Notes: generated by a model from the letters alone, not told the origin. Shown: positions 8,941 to 18,160, counted from the stretch's first letter. The stretch is 40,995 nucleotides of DNA from an uncultured Candidatus Saccharibacteria bacterium (GCA_964388775.1 CAYMBW010000004.1:1-40995), one strand, 5' to 3'. Numbers and translations: made by a program.

Positions 8941-10662
8941 ATGAAATTAGAAATATTGAGGCATTCTTTATCGCACATAATGGCAGCAGCGGTCCAGGAG
9001 TTATATTCCGGGACTAAATTTGGCATTGGACCGGCGATAGAAAACGGATTCTACTACGATTTTGATTTGCCGAAGCAGATATCAGAAAGCGAATTCCCGG
9101 AGATCGAGAAAAAAATGAGAGAGATTATCAAAAAAAATCTGCCGTTTCGCAAAAAACAAATCAGCAAGGTTGAAGCAAAAAAAATATTTAAGGACCAGCC
9201 GTATAAATTAGAACTAATAGATGAATTGGCTAAGAGCGGTTCTAAAATCAGCATCTATCAGGTTGGCAATTTTATTGATTTATGCAAAGGCCCTCACTTA
9301 AAATCAACAAAAGAAATTTCTCCGGACAGCTTCAAACTCACCAAGGTTGCTGGCGCATATTGGCGCGGACAAGAGAGAAACAAAATGCTCACCAGGATTT
9401 ACGGAACCGGTTGGGGGAAAAAACAGGAACTCAATAAATATTTGGAAAATATTGAAAAGGCGGAGCAAAGAGACCACAGGGTTTTAGGCAGCAAACTGGA
9501 ACTCTTTATGTTTGATGAGGAAGTGGGAGCCGGTCTCCCAATCTGGATGCCCAAAGGAGCAATGCTAAAACATATCATTGAAGGATATTTGTATGAGCAA
9601 TTATACAAGGCAGGATACCAATGGCTTAGTTCTCTTCACATCGCTAATCTCAACCTCTGGAAAACCTCGGGTCATTGGGGGTTTTATCGGGAGAATATGT
9701 ATGCCCCTATTAAGATTGACGATGAGGAATATATGCTCAAACCGATGAATTGTCCGTTCCATATCAAGGTCTATAATTATAAAATCAGAAGTTATAAAGA
9801 CCTGCCTATCAGATTTGCCGAGCTTGGCACGGTTTACCGGTATGAAAAATCAGGGGTCTTGCACGGATTGGCGCGCGTAAGAGGCTTCACTCAAGACGAC
9901 GCCCACATATTCTGCGCTCCGGAGCAATTATCCGAAGAACTTTTCAAAACCATAAAACTGGCTATCAAAATGCTGAGCGATTTTGGCTTCAAAAATTACC
10001 AAATCTATCTTTCCACTCAACCGGAAAAGTATGTTGGCACTGATGAAATTTGGAACAAGGCAACCAAGGCGCTGAAATACGCCCTTGATACGTTAAAAAT
10101 AGATTATGAGATGGATAAGGGAGGTGGAGCGTTTTACGGCCCCAAAATTGACATTAAGATAAAAGATAGTTTGGGCCGGCCTTGGCAATGCACTACTATC
10201 CAAGTTGATTTCAACCTGCCGCAAAGATTTAAAATGTCGTATATTGACGAGAAAGGCAAGAAGCAAGAGCCCATTATGATACACCGCGCTCTTTTAGGGG
10301 CGATGGAGAGATTTATTGCTATGCTAATAGAGCATACCGGTGGCGCTTTCCCGTTATGGCTTTCCCCTGTCCAAGTATGGGTTTTGCCAATTGGGCAAAA
10401 GCACGAAAAATACGCCCAAAAAATAACCGATGAATTGCAAGAAACCGGGTTCAGAGCAGAAATAAGAAACGAGAACGAAACTATTGGCAAAAAAATCAGA
10501 AACGGCGAGATTCAAAAAATCCCGTATATTTTAGTTGTCGGAGATAAGGAAATAGAAAATAAAACCGTAAGGGTCAGGGAAAGAAACAAAGGAGACATCG
10601 GCGAAACCTCGCTCCTTTCTCTTATCAAAAAGCTTAAATTAGAACTACAAAAAAAGAAATAA
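8941..10662 (+). CDS. thrS: Threonine--tRNA ligase (lacks N-terminal TGS domain)
   Basis: RHSLSH editing motif, DLCKGPH, RDHR, KPMNCP, RVRGFTQDDAHIF, FYGPKID, HRALLG. Confidence 0.97.
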   Translation: MKLEILRHSLSHIMAAAVQELYSGTKFGIGPAIENGFYYDFDLPKQISESEFPEIEKKMREIIKKNLPFRKKQISKVEAKKIFKDQPYKLELIDELAKSGSKISIYQVGNFIDLCKGPHLKSTKEISPDSFKLTKVAGAYWRGQERNKMLTRIYGTGWGKKQELNKYLENIEKAEQRDHRVLGSKLELFMFDEEVGAGLPIWMPKGAMLKHIIEGYLYEQLYKAGYQWLSSLHIANLNLWKTSGHWGFYRENMYAPIKIDDEEYMLKPMNCPFHIKVYNYKIRSYKDLPIRFAELGTVYRYEKSGVLHGLARVRGFTQDDAHIFCAPEQLSEELFKTIKLAIKMLSDFGFKNYQIYLSTQPEKYVGTDEIWNKATKALKYALDTLKIDYEMDKGGGAFYGPKIDIKIKDSLGRPWQCTTIQVDFNLPQRFKMSYIDEKGKKQEPIMIHRALLGAMERFIAMLIEHTGGAFPLWLSPVQVWVLPIGQKHEKYAQKITDELQETGFRAEIRNENETIGKKIRNGEIQKIPYILVVGDKEIENKTVRVRERNKGDIGETSLLSLIKKLKLELQKKK

Positions 10663-10664
10663 AA

Positions 10665-11108
10665 ATGAAAACCGCCCATAATACAATTTCTCTTCAGACG
10701 AAAGAAAGATTAGATATTGTAAATATCACGGATGATATCAAAAATTACATTGCCCGGACAGCGATTAAAGATGGTATTATAAACATCCAAACTCGACATA
10801 CTACTGCAACGATTTTGGTTAATGAAAGCGAACCGGAACTATGGAAAGATTTTAAAAATCATTTGGAAAAACTTGCTCCCGCGACAGAAAAATACCACCA
10901 CGATAATCTGGAAATAAGAACCGTTAATGTCTGCGAAGATGAATGCCAAAACGGACATTCTCACTGCAAGGCATTGCATCTGCCAACCAATATATGCCTT
11001 AATATAATTGATGGACAACTCCAATTGGGACAATGGCAAAGCATTCTATCCATTGAATTAGACCACGCCAGAAAAAGACAAATCCAGCTACAAATCATCG
11101 GAGAATAA
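10665..11108 (+). CDS. yjbQ: YjbQ/UPF0047 family protein
   Basis: HTTATILVNE, Y-H-H-D, NGHSH and LGQWQSI motifs. Confidence 0.85.
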   Translation: MKTAHNTISLQTKERLDIVNITDDIKNYIARTAIKDGIINIQTRHTTATILVNESEPELWKDFKNHLEKLAPATEKYHHDNLEIRTVNVCEDECQNGHSHCKALHLPTNICLNIIDGQLQLGQWQSILSIELDHARKRQIQLQIIGE

Positions 11109-11150
11109 TTGGTCAGTAATTATTTATCATTAATCAATAATCAGTAATCA
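11109..11150. repeat. Degenerate heptamer array (NTAATCA), 6 units
   Basis: ttggtca gtaatta tttatca ttaatca ataatca gtaatca. Confidence 0.75.
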
Positions 11151-11225
11151 GTGGCGGCCTTTACTGGGGCGCTTTTTTGTTTTAAGATTGGAGAATAATA
11201 ATTGCCCGCGCCTTATTGAAAAATT

Positions 11226-12563
11226 ATGAAATATCATACTATCACTTATGGGTGCCAAATGAATAAATCAGACAGCGAAAGGATTGCCGGGGCGCTTAAT
11301 GTTCTTGGCTTTAATAAAACCACTAATGCAGACAAGGCGGATTTAGTTATTTTTAATCTATGTTCAATCAGGCAATCAGCCATAGACAGAGCAATTAGCA
11401 AAATTAAAAATTTTGCTGAATCCAAAATCCAAATATCAAATATTAAATCAAGCCCCAAACCTAAAATTCTCCTAACCGGATGCATCTTAAACAAAAATAA
11501 AAGAAAACTCGAAAAAGTTTGCGATGGGATTTTTAAGATAGATGACCTACTGGAATTGCCGACCATTCTGAAAAAAATCGGACTTAAAACAACAAAAAAT
11601 CCGAATTCTAAAATCAGACATTATCTTGATATAAAACCTGATTATGAGATAGGGCCGAGCGCTTATATTCCAATAATGACCGGGTGTAATAATTTCTGCT
11701 CTTATTGTGTGGTTCCCTATACCCGCGGAAGAGAAATTTCCCGGCCGGCAAAAGATATTTTATGCGAAATCAAAACTCTGGTAAAAAAGGGGGTAAAGGA
11801 AATCTGGCTGCTGGGACAGAATGTCAACAGCTACGAGTCCAAAGTCCAAAATGTAAGAGAAATTGATTTTGCGGAGTTGCTGAAAATGGTTAATAATATT
11901 AAAGGAAATTTTTGGATTAGATTTACTTCTTCGCATCCAAAGGATTTGACTAATGAAATGATTGAATCATTCGTTAAATGTCAAAAAGCCACTCCCTATC
12001 TTAATCTGCCTATCCAGTCAGGTAATGATGAAATTCTGAAGGCGATGAACAGGCCCTATTCTGTTGAAAAATACAAAAAATTGATTAAAAAAACGCGCCA
12101 GACCTTTAAAAAATATCGTAAGGGCCAAGAAAAAATCCTTTCTCTTTCCACTGATGTGATAGTTGGTTTTCCCGGTGAAACCAAGAAACAATTTCAGGAT
12201 ACAAAAAAAACCTTGAAAGAAATTGGTTTCGCCGCCGGATACATTTCGCCCTACTCTCCCCGCCCCCAATCAACTGCCTTCAAACTGAAGGACAATATAT
12301 CGCCATCTGAAAAACGAAAAAGAAAAAAAGAATTAGTAAAAATAATAGAAAACAGCGCTTTGAGATTTAATAAACAATTTGTCGGGAAGAATGTAGAGGT
12401 CTTGGTGTTTGACAAAAAAAATGATTTTTTTCTCGGCAAAACCCGCCACCACCAGGTAATAAAATTCCTTTCAGATAAAGACCTTGTTGATAAGTTTATA
12501 AACTTAAAAGTGACAAAAGCGACCGCCTATGGTCTTCAAGGTGAACTAACCAAGGTCTGTTGA
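11226..12563 (+). CDS. miaB: tRNA-2-methylthio-N6-dimethylallyladenosine synthase (radical SAM methylthiotransferase)
   Basis: TYGCQMNKSDSE, radical SAM motif CNNFCSYC, DVIVGFPGET, C-terminal TRAM domain; adjacent to miaA. Confidence 0.92.
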   Translation: MKYHTITYGCQMNKSDSERIAGALNVLGFNKTTNADKADLVIFNLCSIRQSAIDRAISKIKNFAESKIQISNIKSSPKPKILLTGCILNKNKRKLEKVCDGIFKIDDLLELPTILKKIGLKTTKNPNSKIRHYLDIKPDYEIGPSAYIPIMTGCNNFCSYCVVPYTRGREISRPAKDILCEIKTLVKKGVKEIWLLGQNVNSYESKVQNVREIDFAELLKMVNNIKGNFWIRFTSSHPKDLTNEMIESFVKCQKATPYLNLPIQSGNDEILKAMNRPYSVEKYKKLIKKTRQTFKKYRKGQEKILSLSTDVIVGFPGETKKQFQDTKKTLKEIGFAAGYISPYSPRPQSTAFKLKDNISPSEKRKRKKELVKIIENSALRFNKQFVGKNVEVLVFDKKNDFFLGKTRHHQVIKFLSDKDLVDKFINLKVTKATAYGLQGELTKVC

Positions 12564-12603
12564 AATCAGACCTTAACAGACCTCAATATTGTCTTATGTT
12601 GTT

Positions 12604-13503
12604 ATGGCCTTAAAAGAAAAAACTAAATTAATTGTGATTCTCGGACCCACAAGCTCCGGGAAAAGCGATTTAGCCGTACACCTCGCCAAAAAATTCAACG
12701 GTGAGGTAGTTTCCGCTGATTCAAGGCAAGTATACAAAGGGATGGATATCGGCACAGGGAAAATAACCAAACAAGAGATGATGGGCATCCCCCATTATCT
12801 TCTAAATGTAGCTTCTCCAAAAAAAAGATTCACAGTGACCCAATATGTCAAAAAAGCGGACAAGGCAATTGAAAAAATCCATAAAATCGAAAAATTGCCG
12901 ATTGTCTGCGGAGGCACCGGTTTTTATATCCAGGCCCTTATTGACGGAATCACCATACCTGCGGTAAAACCGGATTGGGGTTTAAGAAAGAAACTGGAAA
13001 AACAAATTACAGAAGAACTATTCCAAGAATTAAAAAAACTGGATTTGAGAAGGGCAAAAGATATTGATAGGCATAATAAAAGACGCCTGATTAGGGCTAT
13101 TGAAATTATCGTGAAAACAAAAAAAACAATAAGCCCTATTAAAAAGAAACAAAAATATGATGTCTTAACACTCGGGATTAAACCGGAAAAAAAAGAACTT
13201 CAAAATAAAATTCACGCTCGCCTATTGAAACGGCTTAAGCAAGGAATGGTAAAAGAGGTAAAAGAACTAAAAAAATCCGGCTTATCTTGGAAGCGGCTTG
13301 AAGAATTCGGTTTGGAATATAGGTTTGTTGCTTTCTATCTCCAAAACAAAATGGACTATAAAGAAATGACTGATAAATTACAGAAAGAGATTGAGCATTA
13401 TGCCAAAAGACAAATGACTTGGTTTAAAAAGGATAAAGGAATCATCTGGATTGAAAATAAAAAAACAGCGGAAACGCTGATTAAAAAATTCTTAAATAGT
13501 TAA
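12604..13503 (+). CDS. miaA: tRNA dimethylallyltransferase
   Basis: GPTSSGKS P-loop, SADSRQVYKGMDIGTGK, GGTGFY, YAKRQMTWF; ATG 12604 chosen as start. Confidence 0.95.
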   Translation: MALKEKTKLIVILGPTSSGKSDLAVHLAKKFNGEVVSADSRQVYKGMDIGTGKITKQEMMGIPHYLLNVASPKKRFTVTQYVKKADKAIEKIHKIEKLPIVCGGTGFYIQALIDGITIPAVKPDWGLRKKLEKQITEELFQELKKLDLRRAKDIDRHNKRRLIRAIEIIVKTKKTISPIKKKQKYDVLTLGIKPEKKELQNKIHARLLKRLKQGMVKEVKELKKSGLSWKRLEEFGLEYRFVAFYLQNKMDYKEMTDKLQKEIEHYAKRQMTWFKKDKGIIWIENKKTAETLIKKFLNS

Positions 13504-13512
13504 AAGGATTCA

Positions 13513-13546
13513 TCGGGGGAGAGCAAACAAGCTTGCCCTCCCCCGA
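13513..13546. terminator. Strong hairpin between convergent miaA and the small ORF (likely terminator)
   Basis: tcgggggagagcaa-N6-ttgccctcccccga, 14-bp stem with one mismatch. Confidence 0.7.
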
Positions 13547-13562
13547 ATCTGACAGTGTATCC

Positions 13563-13787
13563 TTATTCCGCAAGAGCGGGATAGATGTCGCCTATGGTCC
13601 GAGGTCCTCCTTCGCCCTCCCTTGCTGCTAATATAGCAGCGACATCCTTCTCACTCACCCGATTAGGCATAAAGCCCTTGTCCCTTACGGTGGCTTCTGC
13701 CTCTATCTCGCTTAATACGAATGGTGATAGACGGTAGGCGGGATCTTTCTTCCGCTTGCCCCTTAGCGTGGATGCGCTATAAGACAC
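13563..13787 (-). CDS. Small hypothetical protein (74 aa)
   Basis: GTG start preceded by AAGGAGG (13800-13794); followed by the terminator hairpin; no recognised motif. Confidence 0.6.
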   Translation of the reverse strand: MSYSASTLRGKRKKDPAYRLSPFVLSEIEAEATVRDKGFMPNRVSEKDVAAILAAREGEGGPRTIGDIYPALAE

Positions 13788-13860
13788 GATTAACCTCCTT
13801 TTTTTGGATTATGTTACGCTATGCCAATCCCCTTTCATGTTTGTTGTCGCCCAATCCCAA

Positions 13861-14379
13861 TCAAATAACACCACCTCCTTGCCGGAAACGAACCTTGGAA
13901 TAGTGTTGTTGTCTTATTATGTTAATATTCCGGAATCCGGAATTCAACATTTTCTCGACAAGTTGAGCAACCATCAAGATTTCGTTTTCTAATAACACAG
14001 AACAACCTTCTTCCAATAGCACTTCAGCTTTAAAGTTTTCGGTGAGTTGTCCTCGAGGATGAAGCGCCAATCGATCAAAAGGCACTCGCCACACTTTTAA
14101 CCACGACCGGATTATTAATCTAGTCACCCATAAATTCTCTGTTGAAGAGAAGACCACTACTCTGCCTCCCCTTCTCTTGTGCTCGATAACAGCTTCTTTC
14201 GCACTTCTCTTTGGGGGGCGCAAAAGATAACCGACAAACACAAGTGGAAAAAGCAGGATAAAGAGAATAAGTCCCGTCCTATGCTCTGCTATCCAACGAT
14301 GGACAAAATATGGCAAAGAAAACCATGCCAATGTTCCGTCAAAGTCCGTTACAAGGACTTCGGGCTTCGTTTTCTCCAA
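13861..14379 (-). CDS. Membrane-anchored HAD-superfamily hydrolase-like protein
   Basis: Motif I VLVTDFDGTL, TM segment GLILFILLFPLVFVGYLL, motif II VVVFSST, motif III Lys (NFKAE); TTG start with AAAGGAGGTG SD. Confidence 0.7.
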   Translation of the reverse strand: MEKTKPEVLVTDFDGTLAWFSLPYFVHRWIAEHRTGLILFILLFPLVFVGYLLRPPKRSAKEAVIEHKRRGGRVVVFSSTENLWVTRLIIRSWLKVWRVPFDRLALHPRGQLTENFKAEVLLEEGCSVLLENEILMVAQLVEKMLNSGFRNINIIRQQHYSKVRFRQGGGVI

Positions 14380-14453
14380 TGGGACTCACCTCCTTTAACT
14401 GGATACCTTGTCAGATATAACAAGTTGACAAAGAGCTGTTTTTTTGTGCTTAT

Positions 14454-14482
14454 ATTATACTCTAATTTAATACTTTTGTAAA
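14454..14482 (-). promoter_or_regulatory. Near-consensus sigma70 promoter for the HAD cassette, overlapping the gatB 3' end
   Basis: Minus strand TTTACA (14482-14477)-N17-TATAAT (14459-14454). Confidence 0.65.
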
Positions 14483-15985
14483 GAGTTTCTCCAATATCTC
14501 CGGGTTTGCCCTGCCTTTTGTCTTAGCCATTGCCTGACCAATCAAAAATTGCAAAGCATTCTCTTTGCCCTTTTTATAATCATCCACTGCCCGCAAATTA
14601 GCGGCAACAACATCAATAACAATCTGCTCAAGTTCCTGTTTGTCTTTAACTTGGCTCAAACCCTTCTCCTCAACTACATCCGAGGGGTCAGAGCCCTTGT
14701 TAAACATCTCTTTCAAAATAATCTTAGCAATCTTACTTGTTATTTCTTTCCTATAAAGCATAGAAATAAATTCGGCGAAATTCTCCGCGCTGATACGAAA
14801 TTCTTTGTCTTCCACGGACATTCCGTTTAAAAGACCCGTTAAATCGGTAAGAACATAGTTTGAAGTAGTTTGAGCCAACTCCCTGTATTCCTTCTCTCCT
14901 ATCTCTTTATTATCTTTATCTTCAAGCCAGGCCTGAAATTCAGAAACTACCTGCTCAAAATATTCGCCTAAATCCTTATTAAAAACAAAAATTTCAATAT
15001 CTTCATCTTTTAAAAAGTATTCATCCTTAAACCGGATTCTTTTAATATGGGGCAATTCGGGAATCTCGCTTTTGATTACGGAGACATATTCATCAGCAAG
15101 CGCCAAAGGAGGCAAGTCCGGCTCCGGGAAATATCGATAATCATGCGCCTTTTCTTTGATTCTTTGGCTCACCGTGATTTGTTTTTTATCATCCCATCCT
15201 CTTGTTTCGTGGACAACATCGTTGCCCGAATCCAGAATTCCTGCCTGGCGCTCAATCTCATATTCTATCGCCTTTTTAACCACTCGAAAAGAATTCAAAT
15301 TTTTGATTTCAACCTTTGTGCCCAATTCTTCACTCTCTTTCCCTCCCCCGCCTATATCCTCCCCCTCCCGCCGGGAGGGGGAGGTTGGAAGGAGAAGGGC
15401 TTTCAGTGATATATTTGCCTCAATTCTCATCTGCCCTTTTTCCATATCTGCTGATGAAACCCCCAAGTAACGGAGAATAAGCTGAACCTCCCGAGCAAAA
15501 TTATACGCCTCTTCCGCGTTTGTTAAATCGGGCTCAGTAACCAATTCCATTAAAGGGATTCCCGCTCTGTTAAAATCAACCAATGAACCATCTTTTTGAT
15601 GAATTAATTTGGCTGCTTCTTCTTCTAAGTGTATCCTGGTAATTCCTATCTTCCTTCTGTTTATCTCTAAAAACCCATTTTCGCACAGGGGCAAAGCGAA
15701 CTGCGAAATCTGGTAACCTTTGGGAAGGTCAGGATAAAAATAATTTTTCCTTGCAAATTGCGAATGCTTGGCAATTTCACAGCTTAAAGCAATACCGGTT
15801 TTGACCACTTTTTTGACCGCCTCCGCGTTAATAACCGGCAAGACCCCGGGATGACCCATACAAATAGGACAAACATTGATATTTGCCCTTGGCTCAAGAG
15901 AATCATTCTTGCAGGAACAAAACATCTTAGAGTTTGTGTTGAGCTCTGCGTGAATCTCTAACCCAATTGTGGGAGTATATTTCAT
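14462..15985 (-). CDS. gatB: Asp-tRNA(Asn)/Glu-tRNA(Gln) amidotransferase subunit B
   Basis: IGLEIHAEL, KNYFYPDLPKGYQISQ, RIHLEE, DFNRAGIPLMELVTEPD, EIKNLNSF, YRYFPEPDL. Confidence 0.97.
   Translation of the reverse strand: MKYTPTIGLEIHAELNTNSKMFCSCKNDSLEPRANINVCPICMGHPGVLPVINAEAVKKVVKTGIALSCEIAKHSQFARKNYFYPDLPKGYQISQFALPLCENGFLEINRRKIGITRIHLEEEAAKLIHQKDGSLVDFNRAGIPLMELVTEPDLTNAEEAYNFAREVQLILRYLGVSSADMEKGQMRIEANISLKALLLPTSPSRREGEDIGGGGKESEELGTKVEIKNLNSFRVVKKAIEYEIERQAGILDSGNDVVHETRGWDDKKQITVSQRIKEKAHDYRYFPEPDLPPLALADEYVSVIKSEIPELPHIKRIRFKDEYFLKDEDIEIFVFNKDLGEYFEQVVSEFQAWLEDKDNKEIGEKEYRELAQTTSNYVLTDLTGLLNGMSVEDKEFRISAENFAEFISMLYRKEITSKIAKIILKEMFNKGSDPSDVVEEKGLSQVKDKQELEQIVIDVVAANLRAVDDYKKGKENALQFLIGQAMAKTKGRANPEILEKLFTKVLN
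15341..15399. repeat. GC-rich palindromic element inserted in frame in gatB
   Basis: Perfect 13-bp inverted repeat cctccccctcccg (15358-15370) / cgggagggggagg (15372-15384); encodes the extra peptide LLLPTSPSRREGEDIGGGG. Confidence 0.8.
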
Positions 15986-16039
15986 GTATTATTAACAATT
16001 GCGACTTGTTTTTAGTTTAGCAAACTTTCAGTAAAAATT

Positions 16040-16070
16040 CAAAAGAAAACCCCCGCAAAAAGCACGGGGG
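16040..16070 (-). terminator. Intrinsic terminator after thyX
   Basis: Minus strand cccccgtgctttttgcggggg followed by ttttctttt. Confidence 0.75.
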
Positions 16071-16083
16071 CCAAACCGCCAAC

Positions 16084-16776
16084 TTAGTTTCGAACGATTT
16101 TCGCGCTTGGGATATCTTCGTCCACTACGAAATCGTCAAAAACGACTGGGACTAACTTTTGAACTTCTTTCAGCAACTCAATCATGGTCATCCTAATCTC
16201 CCAGTGAGCCGCTGGAGAACACCTTAATTCAAAAATGTGCCGCCACTCACGAAAGTTAGTGGTTATCACAATCTGAGCGACAACCCCGATAGGAAGAACT
16301 TGTCTGGCATCCTCGAGAACCCATCCCTCTTTTCTCAAACCGCGATACATCTGCTCATTAAGGGCAACCCAGTCTTCAAAAGAAACATGGATTCGGCCTC
16401 CATCAGAAAAAATTAAATCTACTACCTTTTCTTTTGGGTCCTTATCTGGTGGACAAACCACCCGAAGATTGCTCTCATCAACATATCTTGTTGACTCCTG
16501 AGTAGGGGATGTCAGGCGATGACGAACTTGTTCGTGGGTCAAACCACGAGAAATATTAGAGAAGCGCACTATCATACATGAGTGTTCTATAACACTTTCG
16601 TGTCCTCGTTTTCTCAGCATCGTTACAAATCTTGTTGCTGACTCCTCAGTAATCTTATCTTGACTCTGATAAGCCGTCCTACCAGCCATCTCTATAAGCT
16701 GTAGAGGACTCTCTCCATGTAGCCCAGTTAGCAGGCCCATAATTTCGAACTTGCCCGGTGGTTTTAAAATTTCCAT
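16084..16776 (-). CDS. thyX: FAD-dependent thymidylate synthase
   Basis: GHESVIEH, signature RHRLTSPTQESTRY (RHRx7SxR), ARQVLP, NFREWRHIFELR, AHWEIR. Confidence 0.95.
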   Translation of the reverse strand: MEILKPPGKFEIMGLLTGLHGESPLQLIEMAGRTAYQSQDKITEESATRFVTMLRKRGHESVIEHSCMIVRFSNISRGLTHEQVRHRLTSPTQESTRYVDESNLRVVCPPDKDPKEKVVDLIFSDGGRIHVSFEDWVALNEQMYRGLRKEGWVLEDARQVLPIGVVAQIVITTNFREWRHIFELRCSPAAHWEIRMTMIELLKEVQKLVPVVFDDFVVDEDIPSAKIVRN

Positions 16777-16944
16777 TTTTCCCTCCTTTAGGAATTAAAT
16801 TGTCAATGAGCTGACGCCTTCTTTTTTGTTTTTGATTAATAGCCCTTGATTGAAATATCATTTGAACTTATCCAGTCCTTATTGATATAGTGCGGGCAAG
16901 TTCTAAATAGTATTCTTCTTTTGACGGCCGTTTTGCCATAATGG

Positions 16945-17364
16945 TTATTCCGTTTCAACGCCCATTGAGCGGGCAGTCCCGGCGATTATCTTCATCGCCT
17001 GTTCTACATCTTCAGTATTTAAATCCGCCATTTTCTTTTGAGCAATCTCTTTAAGCTGTCCTTGAGTGAGCTTGCCTACTTTCTTGCGATTAGGGGTTCC
17101 GGAACCCTTGTTAATCCCAACCGCTTTTTTGATTAAATCAGACGCTAAAGGTTGCTTTAACCGAAAATCATATGTTCTATCCTCGTAAACAGTGACTTCG
17201 ACAGGTATGGTTGACCCCATTTGTTCTTTGGTCGCGTCATTGAATTTCTGACAAAACTCTCCGATATTCAGCCCTTGAGATGCTAAGGCCGGCCCGATGG
17301 GAGGGGCGGGATTGGCTTGACCTGCAGAAATCTGGAGTTTAATAATGGCTTTGATTTTTTTCAT
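16945..17364 (-). CDS. rplK: 50S ribosomal protein L11
   Basis: [27 protein letters not shown]. Confidence 0.98.
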   Translation of the reverse strand: MKKIKAIIKLQISAGQANPAPPIGPALASQGLNIGEFCQKFNDATKEQMGSTIPVEVTVYEDRTYDFRLKQPLASDLIKKAVGINKGSGTPNRKKVGKLTQGQLKEIAQKKMADLNTEDVEQAMKIIAGTARSMGVETE

Positions 17365-17377
17365 AGATATATATTGA

Positions 17378-17923
17378 CTAAATTTTCTTTATTTGCAGAG
17401 AATCCAATTCAACGGGCGTATCTCTACCGAATAAGTTGACCATTACTTTCACTTTGCCCTGTTCTTGGTCCAATTCCGAAACCTTGCCTTCATATTCCTT
17501 AAACGGGCCGTCCGTAATTTTTACCATATTACCGACCTCAATGTTAATTTTATATTTTGGCGTATCTGCCCCTACTCTCTGATTTATATCTAATATCTCC
17601 CCGGATGAAACCGGCACCGGAGTGGTCCCCGCCCCTACAAAACCCGTAACATTCGGGGTATTCCTCACTATGTACCAAGAATCATCAGTTACTATCATTT
17701 CTACTAAAACATAGCCCGGATAAATCTTCTCTTCAATCATTTTTCTTTTCCCGCCTTTTATCTTGATTTTTTTCTCTTTCGGCACTAAAACATTAAATAT
17801 CTTATCTTCCATCCCGAGCGACTCAACCCTATGCTTAAGATTTTTCGCCACCGAATCCTCATATCCCGAATAAGTATGAAGCACATACCATTGCTTAGTT
17901 TTAGGAATCTTTTGTTTTGGCAT
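17378..17923 (-). CDS. nusG: Transcription termination/antitermination factor NusG
   Basis: [34 protein letters not shown] motif, FGRDTPVEL. Confidence 0.98.
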   Translation of the reverse strand: MPKQKIPKTKQWYVLHTYSGYEDSVAKNLKHRVESLGMEDKIFNVLVPKEKKIKIKGGKRKMIEEKIYPGYVLVEMIVTDDSWYIVRNTPNVTGFVGAGTTPVPVSSGEILDINQRVGADTPKYKINIEVGNMVKITDGPFKEYEGKVSELDQEQGKVKVMVNLFGRDTPVELDSLQIKKI

Positions 17924-17929
17924 AAAAAC

Positions 17930-18133
17930 TTACAGGGCGATTAATTTTTTCAAAAGCGACTGAAATACAAAATCCAATCCACCTAAGAAAAAGGCTACTA
18001 CTGCTGATATGACGACTACCGTCAAAGAATATCGTATTGTTTCTTCTCTGGTAGGCCAATTGATTTTTTTAACCTCTGTCTTTACCTGTTTAAAGTAAAG
18101 AAAGAGTTTGTGCGGAAGTAAAGCTATATTCAT
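17930..18133 (-). CDS. secE: Preprotein translocase subunit SecE
   Basis: EVKKINWPTREE followed by a single TM helix; upstream of nusG. Confidence 0.93.
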   Translation of the reverse strand: MNIALLPHKLFLYFKQVKTEVKKINWPTREETIRYSLTVVVISAVVAFFLGGLDFVFQSLLKKLIAL

Positions 18134-18160
18134 GTTTTTATTATTATCAAAAACGTCCTT

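Noticed and set aside
11154-11182. Possible terminator after yjbQ
   Set aside because: A T-run is present but the stem is short and mismatched; too weak to list.
12552-12574. Inverted repeat aaggtctg/cagacctt spanning the miaB stop codon
   Set aside because: Real 8-bp stem but no U-tract and no clear second copy; no function can be supported.
16679-16861. 60-aa ORF overlapping the thyX start (possible leader peptide)
   Set aside because: No SD, no informative codon runs, and it overlaps thyX out of frame by about 100 nt.
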